This document shows positions 10,802 to 22,800 of a stretch of DNA of 64,000 nt, piece by piece (the first letter of the stretch is position 1; the number at the start of each line of letters is the position of its first letter). The translations under genes were made by a program, and so were the position numbers. The stretch lies in the NCBI GenBank assembly GCA_021513695.1, contig CP084166.1, positions 2,656,001 to 2,720,000 on the forward strand, given 5' to 3'. The notes under the pieces are model-generated. The model was not told where the DNA came from and made no database searches. It was given only the letters and a program-made list of their open reading frames with translations. Origin of the DNA: Candidatus Heimdallarchaeum aukensis (lineage in GTDB: Archaea; Asgardarchaeota; Heimdallarchaeia; Heimdallarchaeales; Heimdallarchaeaceae).

Positions 10802-10810
10802 TTTTCCACC
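10802..10810 (-). promoter_or_regulatory. 9-nt top6B-top6A spacer containing a Shine-Dalgarno-like GGTGG (translational coupling)
   Basis: The minus strand reads ...ACA AAA TGA GGTGGAAAA ATG GTA... The top6B stop is at 10811-10813 and the top6A ATG is at 10799-10801. Confidence 0.6.
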
Positions 10811-13800
10811 TCATTTTGTACTCCTTTTTTTGGTTTCAATTTTTGTATCAGCTGAAATTTCATCTAAAGTTGTTTGTTTTGTTCGCTTTGAAGTTGTTGT
10901 TTTCTTTGTTGTTGTACTTGGTCTCTTTGTTTTAGTAGTCGTTGTTTTCTTTGTTGTTGTACTTGGTCTCTTTGTTTTAGTAGTCGTTGTTTTCTTTGTT
11001 GTTGTACTTGGTCTCTTTGCTTTGGTAGTCGTTGTTTTTACAAAAGGAATTGTCTGTTTGATCTTCTTTATATCATTATAAGTCATCTCTAGCTTTCCTT
11101 CAAGCTGAGATGTCGGATAAGCAATAAATTCTCCAATTGTATTAATTCCAAGTGAGTTCAACTTATTTCGTATTTGCTGTTTAACATCTAATTTTTCTAT
11201 TGGCTCTTCTATTAACTTTAGTAATTTTTGAACATTTTTGTTTTTGAAAATATCTTTTCTCTTCGTACGATTATCAGCAAATATCAACTCTTCAAACGAA
11301 GATATCCCTATTTCTTTTAATTTTGATATAATCTCACTGCTCATAAATGGTGTACTTTTCACTATTTGCGTTTTACCCTTCTTTGCAATTTTTAGAGATT
11401 GAGGAGTTAAAGTTGCAAAATAGTTTCTTAACTGCCTTTCTGTTATATTAGTAATTTCAGTCAGTTCGTTAATTTTTGTATTAAAAACATCCCAGAGAGA
11501 ATACTTCTGTTTATGGTATAATTTAAAGATACTGTTTGGTTTATCCTGCATTAGTGCATAGAATGAGTAAATTGGGTATGAAAGAAGTTCTTTTAATGTG
11601 GATATCTGTCTGATTGATAACTCTGTTTGTTCTTTAATTCTCTTATCAGAAACTGATAAATGTATAATGTGGGAATACCCACCGTTTTCCAATATGGATT
11701 TTTCAGTATCTGAAAATAGACCTAAATCTTTAATCCTATAGCTATTTAGTTCTAATTGCTCTTTCACTTTAGTCATGTTAAGAGAGTTAAGAAGTTCAGT
11801 AAATTCTGCACGTTGTTTTTCTGTAAATTTAATCTGTAAATCATCTATATTTTGTAGGAAGAAAAGATCATAAACTTGTTCATAACCTCTTTTTGCTAGT
11901 TGAAAAAGTATATTCTTTTGACGTATAAATAATGCTAATGATGCTCTAAAACAAGAAAGAACATCTTTTACTTTCATGGATAAGTCGCTGATATTTTTCT
12001 CTTCAAACAAAGCAATTAGTTCACCTAATGAATTTATATCATTTTCATTTAGCTCGTTAATTATTTCTTTATCGTTTACAAAATCTATAAGTTTAGAATT
12101 GCTTTGAGATGCTAATGAATCTAGATCATGGAACGGAATTTGAGATAAAAGGTTTTTAAGGACAGTTATGTTTGAAGATTTATTTAATAATAGTAAATCA
12201 TAAACTGTTTTTGTATTACTTTTTAGTAGAAGCCTAAATGTTTCCTTACTCTCAAAGACAAGTGGAAGAGAGTAAATTTTTTGTTCAATTCTTAAACGGA
12301 GTTTTTCCGTGATCTTCCATCTCTTTGAAGTTTTTGATTTTGATACAATATTAAACACGTAAGCCTCTTCTATAGAGAAAATGTGACCTTGACTTAAAAC
12401 ATCTAATTCAGTTTTATCCAAAATTGTTTCAGGAATGGGGGTTAACTTAGATGCTAGAGTACGTAATGTTTCTAGTGATAGATTTCGAATCTGACGTATT
12501 AGTCTATTATCGTCGATTATCTGACTTAACTGGTATCTAGGTTTTAAAATTAAATCTCCTATTGTTAAGTTGCCATATTGTTTGAATTTCTCTTTATTTT
12601 CAAAACTTTCATTGACTAGCAAAATAACATGCCTATTTAGAAATTGTAAGTATTCATTAAAGTGTAAAGTTATGGTCTCTGGGAAAGAACTTGTAATTTT
12701 GTCAAATTGCTTTTTATCATATTTCTCCAAGAGAAGTAAGGATTCAAGGGTATATTGGACTTTTAGTTCATCTTTTTCAGGAAGATTCAACTTTTCTTCG
12801 AATTTGGTTGGTTTTGAGAAAATAAATGAGTAAATATCAAGTAGTCTCTTGGATACTTGAGAATTTACTTTTAGAGAATCATGATGTATATTGAAGAAAA
12901 CTAATTGTTGAAAACTTAAGTCTGGGAGTTTTTCGTCAAAATATCGCGAAGAGAGTTTTTGTAAAAGTCCAATTTTTGTTCTTAATGAAGGTGAAAGGTT
13001 AGAAACAACATCAGTGTTTTCAAAGAGATCAAGATAATTCTTAATACCATTTTCTCTCAATTCAGCAATATCAAAATCTTGTAGAACAATGTTTGTTTTT
13101 AGAGCAGGGGGGTTGCTTATTCTAGAAATAGTAATCTTACTAAGAAAAGTGTCAACTTCACTAATGTTTGTGCTTATAATTTTTGCAAGAGCTGGCTTAG
13201 ATAACAAAAGCATTTCTTGTAGAGTACTTACTTTGGATAAAAGTTTTAACCAATTTTCGAGAGGAAGTTGTGGGAAAGAAATCAGATAAATAGATTTGTT
13301 TAATATCTTTTGAACATTATTTCGTAATTTACTTCTCAATTTACAGTGTTTTTTTGATAAATCATAAACCAAATCGTCAATAACTGTATAATATTTCAGT
13401 AATTTTTTCTTTGTTTCACTATCAAACAGCATAATATTGGAAAGTTGAACTCTTTTATCTCTCAATTTTTTAATTGTTTTAACATTCAAAGTTGAGAGAA
13501 CATGATTAACTTTCTCAAGTTGTTTTTCTGATAAGAATGAAGAATATGAAATAGGTTTAATTAGTAAATCCTTTAGTGTTTCGATTTTATGTTCATTCAG
13601 TTTTTCTACTTCTTTTTCAGTGAAATCTGTTATTATAGAGACAGAACTGTTAAGGAGGTTTAGAATCTCTAATCCTGTTTTAGTAAGAAACTCTTTGTTC
13701 ATGTATAAAACAGAAATAAAATCAATGATATTTGAGATCTCTGGAATTTCAATGTTTTTGCTGAATAAGTTTTTTGAATTAATAGTACCAAGAAAATCTT

Positions 13801-16800
13801 TTGTCTTTAACGTAAGAGATAATGTTTTCTTTTTATCTTTAATCAGATTACTAATTATGGTGTTATAATCACCAAAGCTGACTAGTTGATCGTTTTTAAC
13901 AAGATCTCTGATGGTGAAAAGATTGTTGTCAAAGTATTTTGTTTCAATCTCTTCAAATTTTAAGGAGTTAATAGAGCTTAAGAATAGGATTGATGTATCT
14001 AAAATTTGTTTTATTTTTGTTCTTATTTTTTCTATCTTTTTAATATCATAAAGCCAGTTGTATATTGAATTCTCTTCTAAATCTGAAAAACTATAGAATC
14101 CATAAGATAACAAAGTAGATTTTTCTTTTTCACTAAGAAATGGTAAATCTACAAAATGATTTGGCTTATCTTTTTCAATTGTTTTCTTGATTTTATCAAT
14201 CTTTATTGATGAGCGTAGTTTCAATATTTGATCAAGTTTAATCCTTGATTCTTTTGCGACTGTTTTATACGGAATAAGCAGTAGATCTGCGATAGTGTAT
14301 GTTCCACCTTTTTTAAGGTTAGTTTCTATTTTCTCTTCTAGTCCTAAATATCGAATATTGGCTAGTAAATATGGGCTAATTTCTGCAAATATGCTCTTAT
14401 CTTTTAGATTAACATCTCCAAGTAATTCTTGATAAGATAAGTACCCAAGTTTCATTGCTTTTTCTTCATATGAACCTAAAGGAGGAATAAAACTTTCAAG
14501 ATGTAGATTTTTTAACATTGATAGACTTGATAAAATTTCATCAACCATTGCATCATCTAGATTTTGGATAGAGGAAATAACATCTATAATGTAAACTAAC
14601 TTCTTGTTATAACAAGATTTTATTGTATCTAATGTCAATATAGGTAGATTGTTTATGTTTCTACTTAATTTCATTCTAATATCTTTAATTTCTTCAATGT
14701 ATGAATCTGGTAGGCTTAAGAAAAACTCTTCAGGGAAGTAATATAGATATTCAATTGAGAAAACTCCCAAACTGTATAGCTTTTGAACTAATGACTTATT
14801 TAACTTTAAGTTTGCAATATCAAGAGTAGAGAATTGAAGGGAAGATAGATTCCTAATGAAAAGAGAATTGTTCTCTTTTATGGCTTTATCCAATTTTGGG
14901 AGAAGGGTTTCCCACAGGTGAATAGGAATATGAAGGTAGTCATAATATGTTTTTTTATTTTTTAAAGATTCATTAATATTTTTTGTTGAAATCCCGAGTA
15001 TACGCTCAATTGTCTTTATTGGTGTAAAGAGAATAGGTATATTCACTATCAACTTTTCTTTTTCATCTTTGTTTATTTCTAATTGATCTACATCATGATA
15101 AAATAGTTGAATTAAAGAGTAAATCTCATTTTCATTAAGATATTCGATTGTAGAAACCTCGGGTTTTTTGATTGTTTTTGGACTAGTACCTTCTTTAGCT
15201 TCACGTTTTTTAATAAGTGGAAGTTTACCCTCTTTTGTTAGTTCTTTTTCAGTTAAGGATGGTAAAAGGTTTAAGTCGATTCCATAGAGTTTAAGTTCAG
15301 AAACAATATTTCTTTTACTAATCTGTAATTTAATAGTGTTTATCTCTTTATACTCTATTTCAAATAATTTACCCAAAGAAACTGATGGAATAGATAAAAA
15401 TTCAAGTATAGTGTTAATCTTATTTTCAAAGAGAATAGAGTTTTGTTGCAATGAAAGTGAACTTAAGAAGGAAATTGGAGTTGTTCCAAACAATGAGAGA
15501 GTCTTTTTTATTGATGATAAATTCTTATCTTCTGAACTGTAATCCTGTAAACAAAGAAGTTGATCTAAATACTCAATATTAATCTTTTTTAGATATAGCT
15601 TCTGTTGTTTGGACAAAAATTTTACATCACGTAACTTAATTGCCCATTTAGGTATTTGAAAATCAGATAAAGAACTTACTACATATTCTGCTAGTTCTAT
15701 GTCAATATTGTCTGGAGGAAGAAGTAATAAATCAAGAATAAGTTTTTTATCTTCCTTCATCAAATTTCTCAAAAACTCAAGCTGATCTATTTGAGAAAAT
15801 TTATCTAACCAAATAATTGGATATTTTACCATACTTGTAAGAGAATTAGAATTACTAAAGAGAATTTGAGAACTTATGACAAATGGTTGAGGAAGCAGAT
15901 CTAGTAGATTAATAACATCGGGAGAGGTCTTAATGTCTAGTTTATCACTTTTATTTGATAGAATGTCCAGATGATCTTTGGGAATTAAGTTAACTAATTT
16001 TTCTTTAGAAAATTCTTTTACAAAACGGATAATCTCACTTCTAGCATTTGATGGAATAGTTCTCTTTTCTTCAGAGCTAAGAGTAAGAAGTTCAATAATA
16101 TTTTTAACTCCATTTTTCCATAAATCAAGTTTGACGTCTAAACTCATGTCTGAGATAGAAAAAATATTTAGACATAAACCATAGATTAGTTCTTCAAGTT
16201 TAGCAATACTACTCGCTTTTTCTATTTTTTCACTTTCTGAGAATATAAGCAAGTATTCTGGTACCAACCCAAAGATATCTTCAAATGATGCTTTTGAAAG
16301 GTTGAATTTAAAGTCTGTGAGTGTACTTATTAATTCTTTATCTTCTTCAAGAATAGGTATGCCTGAACTAAGGCTTATGTTTCCCTTTCTTTTATCTTTT
16401 AACTCTTCAGGAATGGAATTGAATATCTTCTTAAGATCTTTTTCTCTAACTATAAAGAGGTCAATAACTCGTAGAATGCGGTTTTTTGCAAGACTACGTT
16501 TAATAAAGCGTGAAAGGTTTGAAATTCTGAAGACTGAAGAGTTACAAAGAGAGAGAAAATTATCAATATTTTCCTTAAATTCTTCAGAAAATGATTTTAT
16601 TTGATAACAAAGACCATAAAGATCTTGAACTGTGTCCTTATTCAGTTTTTGTAAGCTAAGAAGATTTCTCTTTGACAATAACGCAAGAGATTCAAGTTTT
16701 ATTCCTTTTTCTTCAACTTCATTTAGTATTTTTTTAACTGAAATATTTTCTTTTATTTTGATAATTTCAGTTTCAGGTATGTCTAAAATTAATGATATCG

Positions 16801-19800
16801 TAGTGATGTCTTCTGTTAAGAAGGTGAGTATATCCCCGACGCCAGAATAAACAAGTTTTAACATTTGTTCTAACTCTAAATCCAAGAAGAATACAGATGA
16901 GAGATACAACTTTGCTTCTTTAAATACATTCATGTTCACTAGATATGGGTATGATTTTCTGATTTCAGACATTCTAGAAATGAAGTCTTGAATTGAATAA
17001 ATCCCTAATTCATGTAATTTTTCTACATATTCACTTGTTATTGATGGACAATTTTCTAGAGGAATTGCAAAACGAAGTCTTTTCTCTTTTAATTCATCTA
17101 AAGATAACAAGTCAAATATATGAAATTCATCATAAATAGGATTGTTTAGAATTTGTGATAATTGTCCTTTTTCAAAAAGAGACAAATCGATTACTGAGTG
17201 AATATCCTGTAATTCTAGTTTCTTTATTTCTTCAAAAGACAAGAAACTAAGAAAAGTTATTGAACCTGATAATATTTCTTTAAATTCTCTATATTTCTCT
17301 TGCTTTAAGATACTGGATGCACCCATTCTTACTCCAGCATAGTACAAAGTTTCTATGTCTGATATTCCTATATCTCGTAATTTAGAAATTTCAGTTTCCG
17401 TGATGAGAGAAGAAGGCATAATAGGGTGAGATCTTGCTTTGTGTAATTCAACAATTTCACTATAAGATAGATTTTCCTTTATTTCATTAATCCTTTTTTG
17501 TGTTTCATTAGATATTTCAGAAAGTTTTTTGGTTGGTGTTGAATAAAAGTCTATTAATGTTGTAATTGAAGATCTGCTAAGAGGAAGAGCAAGATTAACG
17601 TCCAAGTTTAGTGAAGAAATAGGAATAGACAAATCACCTATAAGTTTATCTAAACTATTTTCTTCACCTAGTTTGTTTTTAATTTCCAAGAGAGGAGAGT
17701 TCTCCTCGAATTCAAGTTCAAATAAGCTCCCTAAAGTAATTATAAAGTATTTATTCCTCATATCTTCACTTAAAAGATTGAGAAAAGGTGTAATTCCAAG
17801 TGGTAATTCAAAAACTGAACGAATAAGTGTAATGTTACATTTTTCAAAAGCTAATTGTCTTTCAAATTCGCTGAGGGTTTTTATCAAATCTGTGCTGGAA
17901 ATAACATCAAGTAATGTTAACTCTTCAATATCTTCCAGAATAGTAGAAAAGAAGTCTTTATTGTAAGCAGTTGCAGAAAGAAAATCAAAGTAGTGATAAG
18001 CTCTCAAGTCAATTAATTTAGAAGAATAGTCTGAAACAGTTCTAAATAGCGTTCTATCCGTTAAATCGCTATCTAATATGAATATTAAATGGTAAAGGTG
18101 GGTTATTTGGTTTTGATTAAAAATAGTCAAAGAATAATCTGAAATCTCCTGAAAAATCCGTAAAGGAAGTGATAATATTTTCTTTAATGTGAAAACTTTT
18201 CTCCAGATTGATGAGTTTCTGTCGATGAAAACTTCATCGGGACAGTAGAAAAGTTCTTGAATTGATTGAAATCCTTCATAACTGTAAATTGTTTCTCTAC
18301 TTAGCGTTCTTTGTTCATTTTTGTCAAAAAGTCTAGTTTCATATGCATAGATTGCTCGCGCCTCATATTCTTCTCTTATTCTCTGTGATGTTAAAATGTC
18401 AATTATTTCCTTTGTTTCTTTTGTTGTAATGTTTAGGATATTACTGAGTTTAACAGATGAAGTAGAAACGAAATCAACTATAGTTAATATACCCGCTTTT
18501 CTCAATTCTTCAGTTTGTGAAAAAGAGATATTTGGTAAGAAATAAACAGGGAGACTGAAAAAGTAAAAAATTTCACCAAGATCTAGACTTCTCTTAATAT
18601 TATCAAAACGTTCGTCGGGAATCCCTGTTCTTTCCATTAGAACTTTAGATGACGTAAGTAGAAAACCTAACAATGTATTTATTTTGTTTTTCTTTAAGAG
18701 CTTAATTATATCTGGATCTAACATGTCTGACAAGTGCTTAAATCGTAAATTTAGCACATTTTTTAAATTCTGAACTATCTCCCATGGAATTGTTCTTATT
18801 GCCCATTTTTCTTGCTGAGTAGAAAAGTATAGGTCCTCAATGGTAAAGATGTTGTTAGTTTCTAAAATTTCTACTATCGATGGTCTAAAGATATCAAGTT
18901 CAGAAATATCTGTTCCAGTTTCACTAATCCTGATATTTTTCTTGTATTTTTTAGCTTCTTCTAAATCAATTTTTAAAATAGAAGCGATTGTTTCATCACT
19001 AACAAGGAAAAAGTCAATGATTCTTCTGATTCCAGTTTTTCTTAGAGCATTCAGCTGTTCATGGGATAAGCTTGTTATTTCAATTTCTTCAATTTCTTCC
19101 TCTTGTTTTGTTTCTTCATTTAATATCTTCTTCTTTGTGGTTTTTTCCCAAGTAACTAGCGTCAGGGGAGAACGCAATAGTTTCTTGAATTTTTCAATTA
19201 CACCCCATTTTATTATGGGAGCACCAAAAGTGTAAGGGTGTGTTAAATAAAATAGCTGGTCTATAGAATTGTAACCAATAACAAGTAAAGAACGGATTTC
19301 TTCAGGTGAAAAACGTTCTGAATTTTCAAAATCAAAGGAGATTATTGATTCATACTTACCACTAGATACTTTCTCGTAGAATGGTTGTCCATCTCTATTT
19401 ACATCAAAATTGTTTATTAACTCATCAAAATTCTTCTTTGAAAAATTAAGTATCGTGCTTAATTCATCAAAACTGTAATTTAAAAATTGGTGCAGAGAGT
19501 AAATCTTTTTTGAAGCTAATACTTCATAATCTTTAAGTTTCAAGCTTTTTATACGAGTGATTGGTAATTGCAAAAACTGATAGAAATCAATTATTTCGTG
19601 AGATAACAAAACTTTTTCTGCAAACTCATCAGTATCTTTAAGATTTTTACTATTTATATTGTCGTAGAGTTCAAGTAAAATTTTTTTGTCTTTATTTTTT
19701 GAAATTTCTGTCTCAATAAATACAGGTGTAAGTTGAAGGAAATCTCTTATTGTATTTACATCCTTGGTTTTGAGCTTAAGAAGAGCATCATTCAATGACT

Positions 19801-22800
19801 TTGCTTTAGATTTTGTTGGGGCTAACTTTGCTAAAAATATTAGATCTTCATTCATGAATTCTCTAAAGTTATTCATCTTAGTTAAAAGATCTGAAATCGA
19901 CGGAAGTTCTTCTTCAATATAAAAGTAAAACAACTCTTGTATTGTTGTTTGTTGTTCATTGAATTGCTTAACCAATCTTGGAAAGTGTTTTTTTATTATT
20001 TTTAAATTTCCTTTGTATCTTTCTTTATTTTTTGTAATCTTGTTAGCAGATATACTTTGTTTTAGACGTATAATTTCTTGTTCGTTAAGGTTTAATACCA
20101 AAGAGAGTTCTTTATTACTCCATATTAGAAACCTGCCTATACAGTTTACTCCAATTTCATTCAAAACGTTAATTTTCTCGTTTAGTTCAGGAAAAGCAAA
20201 AATCAAGGGAGTTCGTAATAGTAAGTAATCTGAAACATATTGTTTCTTTGTTTGTTCATCTTTAAATTCAAAATTCTCTGGTTGAGAATATAGAATGTCC
20301 TCTACTGTATAAATTTCATATTTACTTGCTTTGTTCTTCAAAGATAGAAAGTTAGGAATGGGCGTACCTATCTTTTTCTTTATTCTTGCAATCTCGCTTT
20401 TTAATAAACCCATTTCGCGTAATTTTTTCGATGGTGTAATCAAGAATGATGTGGAAGTAAATATCTTGTTTTCTAGCAATTTTTCTTCAGCTTTTTCACT
20501 AATCACTTTTAAGTGTGATAGGTCAAGGTCTTTATTTACTTCATTAAGATGAGAAAGAATGCGAAACTTTGATTCTTCTAATAGACTATCAACAAAAACA
20601 CTTAGTTCTTTTTTCATTAACGTTCTTAATTTAGCGTTTGCATATTGTGCTAAGGTTTCTATATTCGCTGATTTAAGACTGTCTAGTATGTTTTTTCTTA
20701 TATTGTCATCTATGGTTGATATTAGTCCTAGTTTGTTAAGAGGGATAGATCTCTCGCTGTTAGCTAGAATAGTGAAAAATCTAGTATAAATAGAACGCTC
20801 TAATTCTTTGATTTCTAAAAGGTCTTTAGTTGGCGTTTTAAGAAAATTATCTATTGTCTCTATCTTTCTTCTATGAAAAGCATTTTTAGAATATCCATCT
20901 ATCCAATCAGGTTTCATTTTTGTAATGTTGACCTTTAGAAAATCAGGAAACTTTTCTGAAACATGTGAAAATACCTTTTTAACGTAATCAATCAACATTT
21001 CTGTTAAATCATTATCATATTTAAACGAAAAAGGCTCATTGAACTTATAAATAAAATCCTCTAACCCCTTAAACTTATTTGAAAAGTTGGGATAACTTGT
21101 TTTTATATAATTGAAATCTGGATACAGAAATTCTTCTTTTAACTCTGAATAATCAGACATAGTTTCTAAATTAAATTTAAATTCTTCGATAAAGATCGAC
21201 AACTCTACTGTTTCTTGGCCATCTTGAGATTTTGTAACTTCGTTAATTAGCTTAAATTTGTTATCTTCTATTAGACGTTCTACTAAACCTTCAACTAAAC
21301 GCAATTGTGTAGCTTCTGTAGCTAAATAATGATAGCTATTTTGAATCCATCTTTGATATAATGCTTCATTGAAACTACTACTAGTTCCTTGACGTGCAAA
21401 CCTCTTATCTATCATTTTATTTGTTAATGCTTTTAGTGGGAGTTCAGGGCTCAACTTAGACCTGTCTAGTTCATAAATTGTTCTTTGTTTTATTCTTGAA
21501 ACTTCTTTTTTTGAAAGATTCAAAATAGGAGCTAGTTCTGAAACAGGTATGGAAAGAAACTTTCCAATTGTTAAAATATCACTTTTAGCACAACTTTTCT
21601 TGTATTTATCAGGGCACCACACATTAAGTTCAAAAATGGGTGTCCCTAAAGGAACAAAATTTCTAATTTTCTTTTTTGCTCCGTGAGCTAGAGCTGCTGC
21701 AACTTTATATTTTTCTTTATTTATGTTTGTATAAACTATTTTTTCATTCTCTAAAATTCTTGCGAGGTTATCAATTACAACAGGTGCTGATCGTACAAAA
21801 CGGGATAATCGTGCATGTTCTCTTTTCCTTCTTTTTGCTCTACTAAGGAATGTTTTAAGTCTTCTACCAAGTTGTTGTAAAGCTAACCTAATCTCTTCTT
21901 CAATTTCTGGGACGGTTGAGATATACTCCTTACTCGTTTCAGGAAAAGGTATTTTTGTACTTACAATTGATACTGCAATCGCGAGAGGATCTGATTGTCT
22001 TGTAAGACCGTATTCACTCCAATTAAGCGAAGAAACTACTTTTGTAATAACGTCATTTCCCGCACCAAAAATTAAAGGAATTCTATTTGCATATCGATAA
22101 ATTATTTTGTTGTCGACTGACGTGCTTCCTTTTTGTTGAGCATATTTTGATACTCCCCCCCCATAACCTATTGCTGCTTCAACGATAAAAGGATGACCAG
22201 AATAAGCTTTTGGAGGACGAGAAATCGCTTCTACAAACTCTGGTTCAAGTTCTTTTTCTAAACCTTTTCTTAATCTTGCTGCTCCTAAAGGAGAAAGAGC
22301 ATCACCTTGTGGAGCATCAAATCTAAAGATTCTATCTCTTTTTCTTTTTATTTCTTTAGCCTCTTGGTAGGCTTTGATAAATCCTTCATGAACTATTCTT
22401 CTAATTTCTTTAGAAGTAAGGTCGCTAGGCTTTTTATTAGGGTCAATTTCTAAAATCTGAAAGAACTCTTCAGCTACTTCTTTTCTTACTCCCATAAAAT
22501 CTTTTGACAGAAAATCAACTAGATTTTCTGCAGAAGTAGCAGCAATTTTTGCTTTAAACTGAGTGATATCACATCCAAATGGGTGTAACTGAATTACTTT
22601 AGGAGGGTCGGGCATATCATCTACTACTTTTTGGAAAACTAATGTTTCACTTGTTCCTTCTTCATCTCCTGGAAGAACTACAGTAAAACTTGCATAGGGA
22701 GTAATTATAGCTAATTGTTTAAAATACTCCTTAATACTGTTCTTTGCTAGATTCCAAGCTCCAGTAAAAGTTATACTTATCTCAGTACCGCTAGTGTGCA

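Noticed and set aside
10830-20789. About twenty plus-strand ORFs of 60-131 aa lie inside the giant gene (e.g. 10830-11081, 12570-12833, 16302-16604, 17673-17966, 18840-19235, 19959-20228).
   Set aside because: All are antisense to the continuous 12.5-kb ORF. They are short and F/L/S/I/K-rich, as expected for the complement of a K/E/L/N-rich AT-rich gene. None shows a motif. ORF 10830-11081 (VVVFFVVVLGLFVLV x3) is simply the complement of the K/T tandem repeat.
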